A DNA stretch of 64,000 nt from a virus (Duplodnaviria; Caudoviricetes), in the IMG/VR virus record IMGVR_UViG_3300025707_000484. One strand, written 5' to 3'. Position numbers and translations under genes: made by a program. Numbering within the stretch: position 1 is the stretch's first letter; each line of letters starts with the position of its first letter. Below, piece by piece: positions 8,621-18,191 of this stretch. The notes under the pieces are model-generated. The model saw nothing but the letters and a program-made list of their open reading frames with translations. It searched no databases and was not told the origin of the DNA.

Positions 8621-10436
8621 CTTGTCTGCTTAAATAATTTTGTAAGAACTCTTGTTCCTCATCTGTAAACTCTTCTATGTTCACACCACTATTTAAGCGA
8701 GTAAGTAAATCACCTATCTGTTCCTGATTAAAATTAGCAGTATTTTCAGCACCAGTTAGTTTAGTTTTCAATTGTGCTATTTCTCTTTCTAACTTTTTAA
8801 CTTTTTTCTTATCTTCTTTTAATACAACGTAGGGTTTACCCTCTATCTGCTCTGTTTCTACAACAGTTTTTTCTACTATTTTCTCAATTTCTACAGGAAC
8901 TTCCTTTATTACCTCTACTTCTTTAATAACTTCAACAAGAACTTCCTTCTCTATAATTTTTTCTACCAGTATTTCTTTTTCAACAGGAACTTTTACTTCT
9001 TTAATAACTTCCTTTATTACTTCAACAGGAACTTCTTTCTCAACTATTTTCTCAACAACAACTTCCTCTATTCTCACTATTTCTTCCTGTTTAGAATCCT
9101 GTTTCGGACCAGAGAGAATCCGTCTTTTTTTTTCAAATGGATCTCTAAACTTCTTAAGAGTCATATTACCAGCAATAACAAGTAATACCGCAAGTGGATC
9201 AAATACAAATATAATTGTAATAATTACCCAGCGTACTGCTTCCTCCAATAAGTCACGTGTAACCTCATTGCCATATATTAGTTGAGCAATATACTTAACT
9301 GGGCCTACTTCTGTCTCTAATGTACGTACAGTAGAAGCAAGCATAAAACGTTCTTCTTTTAATTCATCAATATTAGTATAATAACTTTCTATTTGTAATT
9401 CTAATTGACCAATTTGAGCATCTGTATCATCTGCTTTTGTACTCATTTGTTCTTGTAATACAGTAATCTGTGTATTAGCATTGTCAATTTCTTTTTGTGC
9501 GTTGGTGCGTAATCCTTCTATTATATCTTGGTGTGGTTTAATATTCTCTGCTAACGATTCACGCAAAATAGTAATTTGATTCTGTACTTCAGTAGCAATT
9601 CTTATTTCACCCTGCCTTGCTAAATTAATTTCTGTTTCTATTACTTTAATTTGGGCCGCGAAAGCATCACGTTGAGGTTTTTGCTTTTCACGCAATTCTT
9701 TACCACGTCTAATATAGTCAATTGGTTGCCCCCAAGTTTTCTTTTCTACACCTTTATCCGTATATGCTTTAACAGCGGCGTCTAATTGTGCTATTTGCAG
9801 GTTTACTCGTTCAATGGCATTTTCTTTAACTGTTATATCATCTCGCACACGTTGCTGTGCGTTTGCTGTACGTTGTTCTTGTATAGCAATATCTTTTTCC
9901 AATTGAGATTGCAAGGCATCTATTTGTGATTGTTCTTGATCAATACTACTGCTTACTCTGTTCCAAGCAGTATCTCGTCTAGTTGTTTGTTGTTCAATTG
10001 CTCTAGCAATAGTTGTATTCTGCTGTCCAACATCTGCACTTTGTAATCGAGTTACTTTTTCTTTAATTGAATCAACTCGAGCCTTAAAGCGAGTTATTTT
10101 CTCATCTACACGTTCAACTCGTGCTTCTGCTTGTGTCGCACTACTTGTTTGTTCTACGTGTGCTTTGGATAAAAATCCAAAAATGCCCATTGACGTAATA
10201 AACATTAATACTACTACAGCCAAAGTAAGATAATACTTTAAAAATTTAGGTATTTTTTCCCAATACTGATAGAGCCACGATGCGGTAACTAATTTACCGA
10301 CTTCCAGTGTTACACCCATAACTGCTATAGGTATAGCCGCGGCCGCAAAGATAGCCATTAATCCAATAATGCTATAATACACAGCGACGGCACTAATAGA
10401 TAGTGCCGTTATTAATACAAAAAGAGCAAATGCCAT
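8604..10436 (-). CDS. Membrane protein with long coiled coil and VEKIVE/KEV repeats
   Basis: Three N-terminal TM helices, coiled coil, EVGPVKYIA...FVFDPLAV TM segment, low-complexity tail. Confidence 0.8.
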   Translation of the reverse strand: MAFALFVLITALSISAVAVYYSIIGLMAIFAAAAIPIAVMGVTLEVGKLVTASWLYQYWEKIPKFLKYYLTLAVVVLMFITSMGIFGFLSKAHVEQTSSATQAEARVERVDEKITRFKARVDSIKEKVTRLQSADVGQQNTTIARAIEQQTTRRDTAWNRVSSSIDQEQSQIDALQSQLEKDIAIQEQRTANAQQRVRDDITVKENAIERVNLQIAQLDAAVKAYTDKGVEKKTWGQPIDYIRRGKELREKQKPQRDAFAAQIKVIETEINLARQGEIRIATEVQNQITILRESLAENIKPHQDIIEGLRTNAQKEIDNANTQITVLQEQMSTKADDTDAQIGQLELQIESYYTNIDELKEERFMLASTVRTLETEVGPVKYIAQLIYGNEVTRDLLEEAVRWVIITIIFVFDPLAVLLVIAGNMTLKKFRDPFEKKRRILSGPKQDSKQEEIVRIEEVVVEKIVEKEVPVEVIKEVIKEVKVPVEKEILVEKIIEKEVLVEVIKEVEVIKEVPVEIEKIVEKTVVETEQIEGKPYVVLKEDKKKVKKLEREIAQLKTKLTGAENTANFNQEQIGDLLTRLNSGVNIEEFTDEEQEFLQNYLSRQDVLGG

Positions 10437-10483
10437 AGTACATATTTATCCCGGTTTCGAGTATAAATAAAGGCGGTATTTTA

Positions 10484-10512
10484 TTGACAAAATACTAAGT
10501 TTCGTTTATAAT
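10484..10512 (+). promoter_or_regulatory. Consensus sigma70 promoter
   Basis: TTGACA-17 nt-TATAAT upstream of AGGAG and ATG 10547. Confidence 0.8.
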
Positions 10513-10546
10513 ATATAAACACAGACACACAAATAGGAGAAAAGCA

Positions 10547-10899
10547 ATGGTCACAATGATTGGCAATGTTTTTCGTCTATGGTTAGGTAATAAGTTAATC
10601 GATTCGGTAAGTGATTACAATGATTCATATATGCGCTGGGCAAAAACAGAGTATAAGAATGATTGGCAATATCATTACTACCGCCTAATTGAAGAAGATA
10701 AAATCGCTAGACAAAGACGAGGCAAAGGCACACAGAAGAATCTAAACGCAAAATGCATGAAGCAAAAGTGGGTAAGCCTACTTGGAATAAAGGTATTCCA
10801 GCGACAGAAGAACGCAAACGAAACATTAGTTTAGCAATGAAAAGAGCGGCGGCTGCAAGGGCAGGGGTCGAACCTGCAATGTCCGGAGACACCCAATAA
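10547..10899 (+). pseudogene. Hypothetical gene with a NUMOD3-like C-terminus in the -1 frame (frameshifted)
   Basis: ORF 10547-10834; the alternative frame from 10729 reads HTEESKRKMHEAKVGKPTWNKGIPATEERKRNIS and ends at TAA 10899. Confidence 0.55.
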
Positions 10900-10935
10900 A
10901 CGGTTGGGTCTGTATACCAGTTCCAGCACCTTGCA
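10851..10935 (-). tRNA. Non-canonical tRNA with GUU anticodon (Asn-like) and long variable arm
   Basis: TGCAAGG/CCTTGCA acceptor stem, G73; D-arm CTG-GAACTGGTATA-CAG; CCCAA-CCGTTTA-TTGGG; variable arm GTC-TCCG-GAC; GCAGG-TTCGACC-CCTGC. Confidence 0.85.
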
Positions 10936-10959
10936 TCTGTCCGCTTTTCACATACCAAA

Positions 10960-11817
10960 TTATCTATGCATATTTGCTACAATACCACGTACCTTATACT
11001 GTTCCATCGCGTGAATAAACCGCGTCATACCAATGCCTCCACCTACTCTTGGCACAAAGTCCAATGCTAGGAAGTCATCTAGTTCTTTTATTACACGCTC
11101 TTTACCAAATGTTCCAAATAGTAAATCTGCATACATACCATCACTAATTGTATGAAACATTTCTCGCATCTCAAACGGGTCACTACTACGCTCTGCTGAG
11201 CCAATAGTTTCCATTCCTGCTATAATAACATCTATTTTTGCGGCTGTTCCGTCACCATTTTGCTTCATGTTCCAAAATGGACTTGTGTAATTTGGGAAGT
11301 TTTTAATCATGCAAACTCTACCTTGCCAATTACGGCACATTGCTTCTTCGTGTTCATGCTCGAGTTCATCAACACCAAAATCTTCGCACCATGCAAGATA
11401 ATCCTTTGCAACAACTCCGCCCTTAGAACACCAACCTAAGTATTCCATAAGTTCCTTTTCCATAGTTTCTAAATCATCAATGTTACCTGGCATTTCAAAT
11501 TCAAACATTGGGAAAATTAAATCATGTCTACCTTGTACTATATTTGGTTCTTGTCTATAGGATGTTGAAACACAAAAAAACCCCGGAACGTGGGGTTTAG
11601 TGAGCAATTCGAATTCCAACCACATTTGGCCTGTTTGTGGGAGTGGCCATACTTCTCCGGCGTAATTATAAGTTGCTACTGTAGTAGGGTCTTCGCATGC
11701 CGCCAATATGCTTAACCTGTTTTGCGTATGCACCTCTTCAAAACCTTTAGCCATAAAAAAGGACCTTAAAAGGCCCGTGGCTTCAGTGAACTGTTGAGGA
11801 TTTATTAATTGCGTCAT
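10960..11817 (-). CDS. Class IIb aaRS-like catalytic domain (AsnRS/AspRS paralog) lacking the anticodon-binding domain
   Basis: Motif 2 (SYRQE...RHDLIFPMFEFE), ETIGSAER, motif 3 (PRVGGGIGMTR); only 285 aa. Confidence 0.85.
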   Translation of the reverse strand: MTQLINPQQFTEATGLLRSFFMAKGFEEVHTQNRLSILAACEDPTTVATYNYAGEVWPLPQTGQMWLEFELLTKPHVPGFFCVSTSYRQEPNIVQGRHDLIFPMFEFEMPGNIDDLETMEKELMEYLGWCSKGGVVAKDYLAWCEDFGVDELEHEHEEAMCRNWQGRVCMIKNFPNYTSPFWNMKQNGDGTAAKIDVIIAGMETIGSAERSSDPFEMREMFHTISDGMYADLLFGTFGKERVIKELDDFLALDFVPRVGGGIGMTRFIHAMEQYKVRGIVANMHR

Positions 11818-11877
11818 TCTGTCATTCTCCAGTCAAATTTTTTTAGACGCTCGTCTGGCCGTCTAAACTGTTTTTAT

Positions 11878-12018
11878 TTATACCTTTTCTTCTTTTTCTT
11901 GATTCTTTTGTTCTTCCTCTTGTCTTTTCTGTTCTTCTATTACTTCTTCTTTTAATACATCTAAATTTATATAATTCTTTAAGGTGAATATACCTTTAAT
12001 TTTTTCTTTAATAGTCAT
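11878..12018 (-). CDS. 46-aa charged peptide, not in the ORF track
   Basis: MTIKEKIKGIFTLKNYINLDVLKEEVIEEQKRQEEEQKNQEKEEKV; TAAATA 5 nt upstream. Confidence 0.5.
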   Translation of the reverse strand: MTIKEKIKGIFTLKNYINLDVLKEEVIEEQKRQEEEQKNQEKEEKV

Positions 12019-12084
12019 AGTGCTATTTATTATGATACAGTTAAGTCAAGTTATTATTATACTAAAAACCACTTTAAATATCAT

Positions 12085-12447
12085 ATGTTACCTTCATTCT
12101 TAACAATACGAAAAAAGAAAGGTGCATTTGTTCTTTGTGCCGCAGAAGATATACCACATGCAAGAATGGTAGGGATAACTTCGGTTACCCATCCTCACAT
12201 TCATGTAGGGAAAGGTCGCGGCTATGCTGGTGAGGGTTCTTTAGTAACTACAGCACTAGGTGCATTTTTAACAACATCAGACAACCCTAATTGCTCACTA
12301 CGAGAAATGATGTTATCAGGTGGTTACGATTGGGGATTACGTTTTGAAGATGCGTGGTGTTTACATTTATCTATTAACCAACCACTTAAAAAAGGTGAAA
12401 TACTAACTGTAAGGTGTTTAACGGAAGGTGATAAAACAATAGATTAA
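12085..12447 (+). CDS. SET-domain-like protein with degenerate NHS motif
   Basis: AAEDIP...TALGAFLTTSDNPNC...LKKGEILTV matches the SET layout. Confidence 0.6.
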   Translation: MLPSFLTIRKKKGAFVLCAAEDIPHARMVGITSVTHPHIHVGKGRGYAGEGSLVTTALGAFLTTSDNPNCSLREMMLSGGYDWGLRFEDAWCLHLSINQPLKKGEILTVRCLTEGDKTID

Positions 12448-13013
12448 AATTCTTCTAGTTCTTCTTCTTTATCGTAATCAAACTTCATTTTATCTTTATC
12501 TAACTTTTCTACTTGTTTTTCTTTATACGCTTCAACAACACCTAATGCAATAGCTCGTTGTGCCACAGCAGTAGCAATTACTCGTTGATTTGAATCTGGT
12601 GCATATATATTTGGCTTCTGTAAAAAGTCTGACATAACATTTGCTACATCATCAGGCAATTGAGGTGTAATGTCTCGTAATACATGCATCAATAAAGCAC
12701 CTTCACCTGCTTCAGCTGCTATAAGATTTTCACTAGTGCCTGGGCGTAAATCAACAGTTTTAATTAACTCAACCATTTCTTCTGGAGACATGCGTTTACT
12801 TGCTAATTGCTGTTTTTCATATTCGTCAAATGATGTTCCTGTCATTTGTACAAATGCAGATTCTAATCTATCTAATTCTTTTACTTTTGCAGCTTTAGGA
12901 GATTTACCTTTTTCTCTGGCTTGTTCTATCTCGTCATTTAATCTATTGATGTTCTTTAAAGTTCTTTTGATAGATGATGGCGATGCTTCTACTAAAATTT
13001 CTGTAATTTTCAT
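12444..13013 (-). CDS. Hypothetical protein (putative head-internal)
   Basis: Starts MKITEILVEA. Confidence 0.7.
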   Translation of the reverse strand: MKITEILVEASPSSIKRTLKNINRLNDEIEQAREKGKSPKAAKVKELDRLESAFVQMTGTSFDEYEKQQLASKRMSPEEMVELIKTVDLRPGTSENLIAAEAGEGALLMHVLRDITPQLPDDVANVMSDFLQKPNIYAPDSNQRVIATAVAQRAIALGVVEAYKEKQVEKLDKDKMKFDYDKEEELEEF

Positions 13014-14401
13014 TAGCGGCGATCGTCCTCTGGATTTTTATTTGGGTCTTTCCAAGTAGATACTTTTTTCTTTGGTTCCCACTTACCAGTGTCTTGATTG
13101 ATTCTTTGCCCTTGCACAAATTTTATTAAATTAGGCTCTTCACCTTTAATTCGCGGTGGGCCACCACTAGTAAATCCACCTGCGCTGTCACTATACATGC
13201 CTTGGGCCTTCTTTAAATCATCAGCATTAGTTATTTTACTTAAATCATCATGTAACCATGCTTGCTTCATTGCTTCGCGCCGTGCGGCCAGTTCTGATTT
13301 TCTTGCTTCTGCTTTTGCTTTTATTGCATCTGCTTTTGCTTTTCGTTCTGCTTCTGCTTTTGCTATTTCTGCATGACGTTTAATTGCGGCATCTCTCTCA
13401 GCTTGTTCTTGCTCTTCCGCATCGCCTTGACTGGCTAATTCAGCATTTGCTTTTCGTTCTGCTTCTGCTTGTTCTAATGCGGCAAGTCTATCTAATAATT
13501 TTTGTGTTTTTTCAGCATCAGTTGTTGTAGGACCCGCTAGTGCTTCACCATCTGAGTTATCGTCGGGTCCAGCATCATCAAGTACCGATGGGTCAGCATA
13601 TGCTTCTTCGTCTTCTTTTTTCTTAATACGATCTAAAATAGTTTCTTTGTCGCCTTGAGCAATTTGGTCTTGGGCACCCCTTAAATATTTTGACTGTCCT
13701 GGTACGCCGCTATATGTAGGGTCTATTAATCCTGGATAAGCATTTGGATCTGCCTCATCTTCATCCTGGGCGATTGTTACGTTTGACAACTTCTTACCTG
13801 TTGCATCTTTATTATCATGTTTTAGTTGATTAGTAGAGGCAAGTGTGGTGTCGCTCGAGCCATCTTTCATTGTTGCGGTTACGTCACCACCAGTATCAAC
13901 AGTAGTACTGGCCGCCAAAGCTGCTAATTCTGCTGTTTGCTTGTCAACATCCGACCTTCGTACACGTCTAATAGGACCTGGTCCGCGTCTTGTGTCGCTA
14001 TTTGCTAATGTAACGGCGGCGTTCAGGTCTCTTTGTTTTCTAATTAGAGTTTGAAATTCACCGGTTTTATTTACTATATCTTCTGCTTTAGTAGTGCCAA
14101 GAGTTACATTTTCTGATTTTTGTAATCTTTTAAGATACATACCAATCTTATTGGCGCGATTTTTATCTGCTTGTTTATCGTTAAATTCCCACCAACTAGT
14201 TCCTTCACCTGGATCATTTTCAAGTATGTATTTTTGCAACCAATACATATCTGTGGAAATTTCTTTTAATTCTTCTTCTTTACCTACATATGATTGAAGA
14301 ATTTGGAAAATGTTTTGTCCTTCAAAATCATGTGTTATACGTTTGTTACGTGAACCTGAAGATTTTGGACCGAGTTCTGCTAAAAATACATTTGCTCTCA
14401 T
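13013..14401 (-). CDS. Hypothetical acidic/coiled-coil protein (putative head-internal)
   Basis: 462-aa ORF starting MRANVFLAE. Confidence 0.7.
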   Translation of the reverse strand: MRANVFLAELGPKSSGSRNKRITHDFEGQNIFQILQSYVGKEEELKEISTDMYWLQKYILENDPGEGTSWWEFNDKQADKNRANKIGMYLKRLQKSENVTLGTTKAEDIVNKTGEFQTLIRKQRDLNAAVTLANSDTRRGPGPIRRVRRSDVDKQTAELAALAASTTVDTGGDVTATMKDGSSDTTLASTNQLKHDNKDATGKKLSNVTIAQDEDEADPNAYPGLIDPTYSGVPGQSKYLRGAQDQIAQGDKETILDRIKKKEDEEAYADPSVLDDAGPDDNSDGEALAGPTTTDAEKTQKLLDRLAALEQAEAERKANAELASQGDAEEQEQAERDAAIKRHAEIAKAEAERKAKADAIKAKAEARKSELAARREAMKQAWLHDDLSKITNADDLKKAQGMYSDSAGGFTSGGPPRIKGEEPNLIKFVQGQRINQDTGKWEPKKKVSTWKDPNKNPEDDRR

Positions 14402-14407
14402 AAATTA

Positions 14408-15712
14408 TTACCTATTAGCGTTCATTTCACGCTTTTCCTGGTCTGCTTGTGCTTTTCTATTACGTGCCGCGACATCTTGTTTAGCAGTATCTACCTTAGG
14501 CTTTGGAGCGGCGGCCGGATTAAAATCACCGCGATCAGGAGTTGTTCCAGGTGTCCCTTTTAATATAGTACTCTGCTGAGGCATATCATTACCCTTCTTT
14601 GGCGTACCTGTAGTAGACATACCAGAATTTTCTCGTCCAGTTTGTTTAGGTGCTGGCGTGGGTGCTGGTTTTTTATTTTGTGCTGTCATAAATGCAGCTT
14701 TATTTTTCATTGCATTTGGATCAACGGGCCTGGCTTTAGAAGCTCCTATACCTGCGGCAATACCACCCGTACCTGGAGGTGGAGTATTTGGTAAATTGCT
14801 TGCTTTTGGTTTTGCTACTACCTGTGTACCCGTTCCTGGAGGTGGCGTATTTGGACCAGCTGCCGCCACTGCTGTACCTGGAGGTGGCGTATTTGGACCA
14901 GCTGCCGCCACTGCTGTACCTGGAGGTGCAGTATTTGGTAATTCTTGTTTCTGTGCCACTGCTGTACCTGGAGGTGCAGTATTTGGTAGTTCTTGTTTCT
15001 GTGCCACTGCTGTACCTGGAGGTGCAGTATTTGGAAGAATTCCAGCATTTGTTCTAAGAGTTGCTAATTCGGCATCACCTGCTGTAGCATCTACCTCATC
15101 GCCTGGAACTGGAGTGGCTAGATTAGCTACTTCTGTACCATCTGGACTCTGTGGCCTCATTATTGTACCTACTTGTGAACCTGCACCACCAATATCACTT
15201 GTATCTTGGTTAGCACTACCTGCTGTGGCGTCCATCTCATCACCTGCTCCACTATATTCGTCCCGAGTATCATCAGCACCGGTATCCCAGCCACCTGCAG
15301 GAACACCAGTTGGTCCAGTTCCAGAACCTTCGGCGTCTGTTCTACTAACTTCTGCATCTACTTGCGCCGCGGCGTATTCAGGACTAGTGTCTGATCCTTT
15401 TTTAACTTCTTTCCATCTGCCACCTTTACCAGCTGTTTTAACTTGGGAACTTAACTCTTTCCTACCCAGGGCGGCCATATCGTCGGGCAATCCTAAATGC
15501 GTATCTTTGCCATCTATTTTTAATTTAACTGTCATACCGCCATCTTCATCGTTTGTTCGAAGGCCGCTTCCGCTTCTTATTCTTCGTAGGGCTCGACCGA
15601 TGTTTTCGTCGCTAATGCCAGGGTTGGTTTGTTTTAGATGGTTAATAAGATCGTTATAAACGTCCTCATTTAAACCAATAAACTGTTTTGTTATAATATT
15701 TTCAATTTTCAT
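14408..15712 (-). CDS. Low-complexity repeat protein
   Basis: 434 aa with PNT(A/P)PPGT repeats. Confidence 0.75.
   Translation of the reverse strand: MKIENIITKQFIGLNEDVYNDLINHLKQTNPGISDENIGRALRRIRSGSGLRTNDEDGGMTVKLKIDGKDTHLGLPDDMAALGRKELSSQVKTAGKGGRWKEVKKGSDTSPEYAAAQVDAEVSRTDAEGSGTGPTGVPAGGWDTGADDTRDEYSGAGDEMDATAGSANQDTSDIGGAGSQVGTIMRPQSPDGTEVANLATPVPGDEVDATAGDAELATLRTNAGILPNTAPPGTAVAQKQELPNTAPPGTAVAQKQELPNTAPPGTAVAAAGPNTPPPGTAVAAAGPNTPPPGTGTQVVAKPKASNLPNTPPPGTGGIAAGIGASKARPVDPNAMKNKAAFMTAQNKKPAPTPAPKQTGRENSGMSTTGTPKKGNDMPQQSTILKGTPGTTPDRGDFNPAAAPKPKVDTAKQDVAARNRKAQADQEKREMNANR
14770..15034 (-). repeat. Coding tandem repeats (48-bp and 39-bp units)
   Basis: Recurrent gtacctggaggtg(c/g)..tatttgg units encoding PNTAPPGTAVAQKQEL and PNTPPPGTAVAAAG. 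Confidence 0.9.
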
Positions 15713-15742
15713 GGTGATGTCTCAATAATATATTTAATATAT

Positions 15743-16093
15743 TTATCTACTACCGCCGGAATATTCAGTCGCAAACCCATGTTCTACAAGGTAGTTATTA
15801 AGATTTACATCATCTATTATAATTTCACCTAGTAATCTACCATACTTTCCTTTTTTATCTAAGTATGTTTTAATAACAATGGTAGATCCTACTGGACACA
15901 TTTCTTGCACTTTTGCTTTAGCGGCGAGTCCTTTTTCTTTTTCTACTAAATCACGAGTTCTACTTTCAGGAGCATCAATACCCAACAAACGGACTCGTTG
16001 CTTTTTAAGTATAATACTAAATCCTAAATCAATATTAACATCTATTGTGTCACCATCTACAACACGATCTATTGTTGCAGGGTATTCATACAT
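15743..16093 (-). CDS. Thermonuclease (SNase-like)
   Basis: RVVDGDTI, RVRLLGIDAPE and GKYGRLLG motifs. Confidence 0.92.
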   Translation of the reverse strand: MYEYPATIDRVVDGDTIDVNIDLGFSIILKKQRVRLLGIDAPESRTRDLVEKEKGLAAKAKVQEMCPVGSTIVIKTYLDKKGKYGRLLGEIIIDDVNLNNYLVEHGFATEYSGGSR

Positions 16094-16226
16094 TATTTTC
16101 CCTGCCCTTTATATTTTTCCAACAACGTTTTTTATGTTTATTTGTAGGGCGTGATCTTGTACTATTCCCTATAGATGTTATCTTTTTAACATAAATTCTC
16201 TTTTGAAATCCTAATCTTGTTGCCAT
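16086..16226 (-). CDS. Small basic phage protein, possibly frameshifted at an A-run
   Basis: MATRLGFQKRIYVKKITSIGNSTRSRPTNKHKKRCWK; one extra A would give KKYKGQGK-stop coupled to the next ATG. Confidence 0.6.
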   Translation of the reverse strand: MATRLGFQKRIYVKKITSIGNSTRSRPTNKHKKRCWKNIKGRENNV

Positions 16227-16235
16227 AATTAATTC

Positions 16236-17885
16236 CTATGATGGGCCTGGACGTGGAGATAAAGTATTTGTTCCTGTCACGCCCGCTTTATTTTGTAATG
16301 CGTTATCAAATGCCGCGCCGTCTGCTAATGCTTTAGTAGCACCAGATAAACAATTTCCCAATGCTTTCTTAATTTCTGGATTATTCATCTTAGCTGATAA
16401 TGAAGATGCAAAACCTTGTAATGCACCTTGACTTTGTATTTTTTTAGCTGCCTCTGACATTTGTAAACTCAAATCTTTCATTGTAGCATTTTCTTTTTCC
16501 ATTATTGAAGTAATGTCTCCAGCTGCTGTCTCCATTGCCGAACTTGCGGCGTTTGCGGCCGCTTCAGCATCTGGTATTAATTTAGTTAATACTGCTTGTA
16601 AAGATGTTTGATCAGCTGCGCCAGTTCCAAGTTCTACTTCAGCCGCGCCTGGTCCTGTTATTGTTTCACCAGTATCACTAGATGCTGAAACTTCACTCCA
16701 ATCTCCATTACAAGCATTTGCTATATCTGAAAAAACTGTTGTACTAATACCACTCATAGAAGTTTGATAAGTTGTTAAAGCGGCATCCATTGGGCCATCT
16801 TTACCCATTGCTGATCCCATAACATCTTTAAATGTTTTTTCACCATTGGCACCACTACCACCACCAAACTGTGATGTTAATTTAGTTGCTGTTTCTGCCG
16901 TTACTTTTGCTGTGCCAGCTGGGAAATGTGGATTACCAGTAGCACTTAAATCTTTAACTACTGTTCCCATATCACTAGCAGTTTTTAATTGTCCAAAATC
17001 ACTGCCGAAATCTTTAGTCATTGCTGAAAAATCGTCTACAGCACCACCAGATGCTTTTCTGTAATCCATTATATCACTGCCTGATGATATTGTAGCATTT
17101 GGTGTTTTTAATACTGTTTTCATTTCTGATAATGCTTTAGGACTTTTAAGTGATGATAGAACAGAAGTTGCTTGTGTTGCTGTAAGACTATCTGTATCTA
17201 AACTACCATGAGTTGCCATAAAAGCAGTTTTTGCTTCTAATGAATTGCCTGTTATAAGTTTGTCAACAACATCAACTGGATTTTGATCAAGAGGCATTTC
17301 TCCTAATTTTGCTAAATTTGCTCCTGATGTTGCACCATTAAAACCACTTTCAGGACCACCTTCCATCATTGGGCCAAACTGTCCTGCTACTTTAGCAAGA
17401 GGTGAAGATACTGTTTCTGTAGCACCTACTTTTGCGGCATGCATTGCTTGAGCAGACTGTTCCATTGCTTGTTCCATTTGCCCAAAATTTTCAACAAACT
17501 TTGATGGATCACCACCACCAAGTATTTTATCTGTATGTGCTTGAACGGAGTCCATTAAAGTCCCGCCATCTCCCATACTGCCGCCAGCAATTTTACTAGC
17601 TATTGATTTTAATTTATCCGCTTGAGCAGATGGTATACCAAACATACCACCTTCTTGTCCGGTTGCTTCTAAATTAGCAACAGCATCTACCATATCTTTA
17701 GCGGCTTTTTGAACTGGTGATGATTTTATAGCATCCAATAATGCTTTAGTAGTTTCTGGCATTGCCAAACCATTACCTTCCATCATTTCTGCCAATGCTT
17801 CAGATTCTAAACATTTTTCTCCAACTTCGCAACTGCCTTGTGCGCCTACACCGCCATCTTCATAAATACTTTCACCACCTGGCAT
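16236..17885 (-). CDS. Ala/Gly/Ser-rich putative virion protein
   Basis: 549 aa, directly downstream of the PAAR gene. Confidence 0.7.
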   Translation of the reverse strand: MPGGESIYEDGGVGAQGSCEVGEKCLESEALAEMMEGNGLAMPETTKALLDAIKSSPVQKAAKDMVDAVANLEATGQEGGMFGIPSAQADKLKSIASKIAGGSMGDGGTLMDSVQAHTDKILGGGDPSKFVENFGQMEQAMEQSAQAMHAAKVGATETVSSPLAKVAGQFGPMMEGGPESGFNGATSGANLAKLGEMPLDQNPVDVVDKLITGNSLEAKTAFMATHGSLDTDSLTATQATSVLSSLKSPKALSEMKTVLKTPNATISSGSDIMDYRKASGGAVDDFSAMTKDFGSDFGQLKTASDMGTVVKDLSATGNPHFPAGTAKVTAETATKLTSQFGGGSGANGEKTFKDVMGSAMGKDGPMDAALTTYQTSMSGISTTVFSDIANACNGDWSEVSASSDTGETITGPGAAEVELGTGAADQTSLQAVLTKLIPDAEAAANAASSAMETAAGDITSIMEKENATMKDLSLQMSEAAKKIQSQGALQGFASSLSAKMNNPEIKKALGNCLSGATKALADGAAFDNALQNKAGVTGTNTLSPRPGPS

Positions 17886-17888
17886 ATT

Positions 17889-18179
17889 TTACTCTCCTAT
17901 AATAACGTCTTCACTACCGACAGCGCGTGGATGGCCACAAGTATCGTAGTCAACTTTAGTTCGCAATGCTGGTTTTCCCTCTATAATAACTGACTTACAT
18001 GTTGATACAGTTATAGCCCTACAATGTGAAGAGACTGGCACCCAGCAAGGAGAATGTGGCTCAACACGCATTTGAGGTATGCCTGCTTTTCGTCCATTTA
18101 TTATAACAGATTCAGCACCGCCTTGAGCGACGCCACCTGCTGAATTAGGGTCTTTGTCCCGCTGTGCTTTCCATGCCAT
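17889..18179 (-). CDS. PAAR-like baseplate spike-tip protein (gp5.4-like)
   Basis: SVIINGRKA, PHSPC..HC, VIIEGKPALR, DTCGH, GSEDVIIG. Confidence 0.85.
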   Translation of the reverse strand: MAWKAQRDKDPNSAGGVAQGGAESVIINGRKAGIPQMRVEPHSPCWVPVSSHCRAITVSTCKSVIIEGKPALRTKVDYDTCGHPRAVGSEDVIIGE

Positions 18180-18191
18180 AGTATTATTTAT

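Noticed and set aside
10707-10958. 83-aa minus-strand ORF
   Set aside because: It overlaps the tRNA cloverleaf and is probably a spurious translation.
14658-15659. 333-aa plus-strand ORF and other ORFs over the repeats
   Set aside because: Antisense or alternate-frame products of a low-complexity coding repeat.
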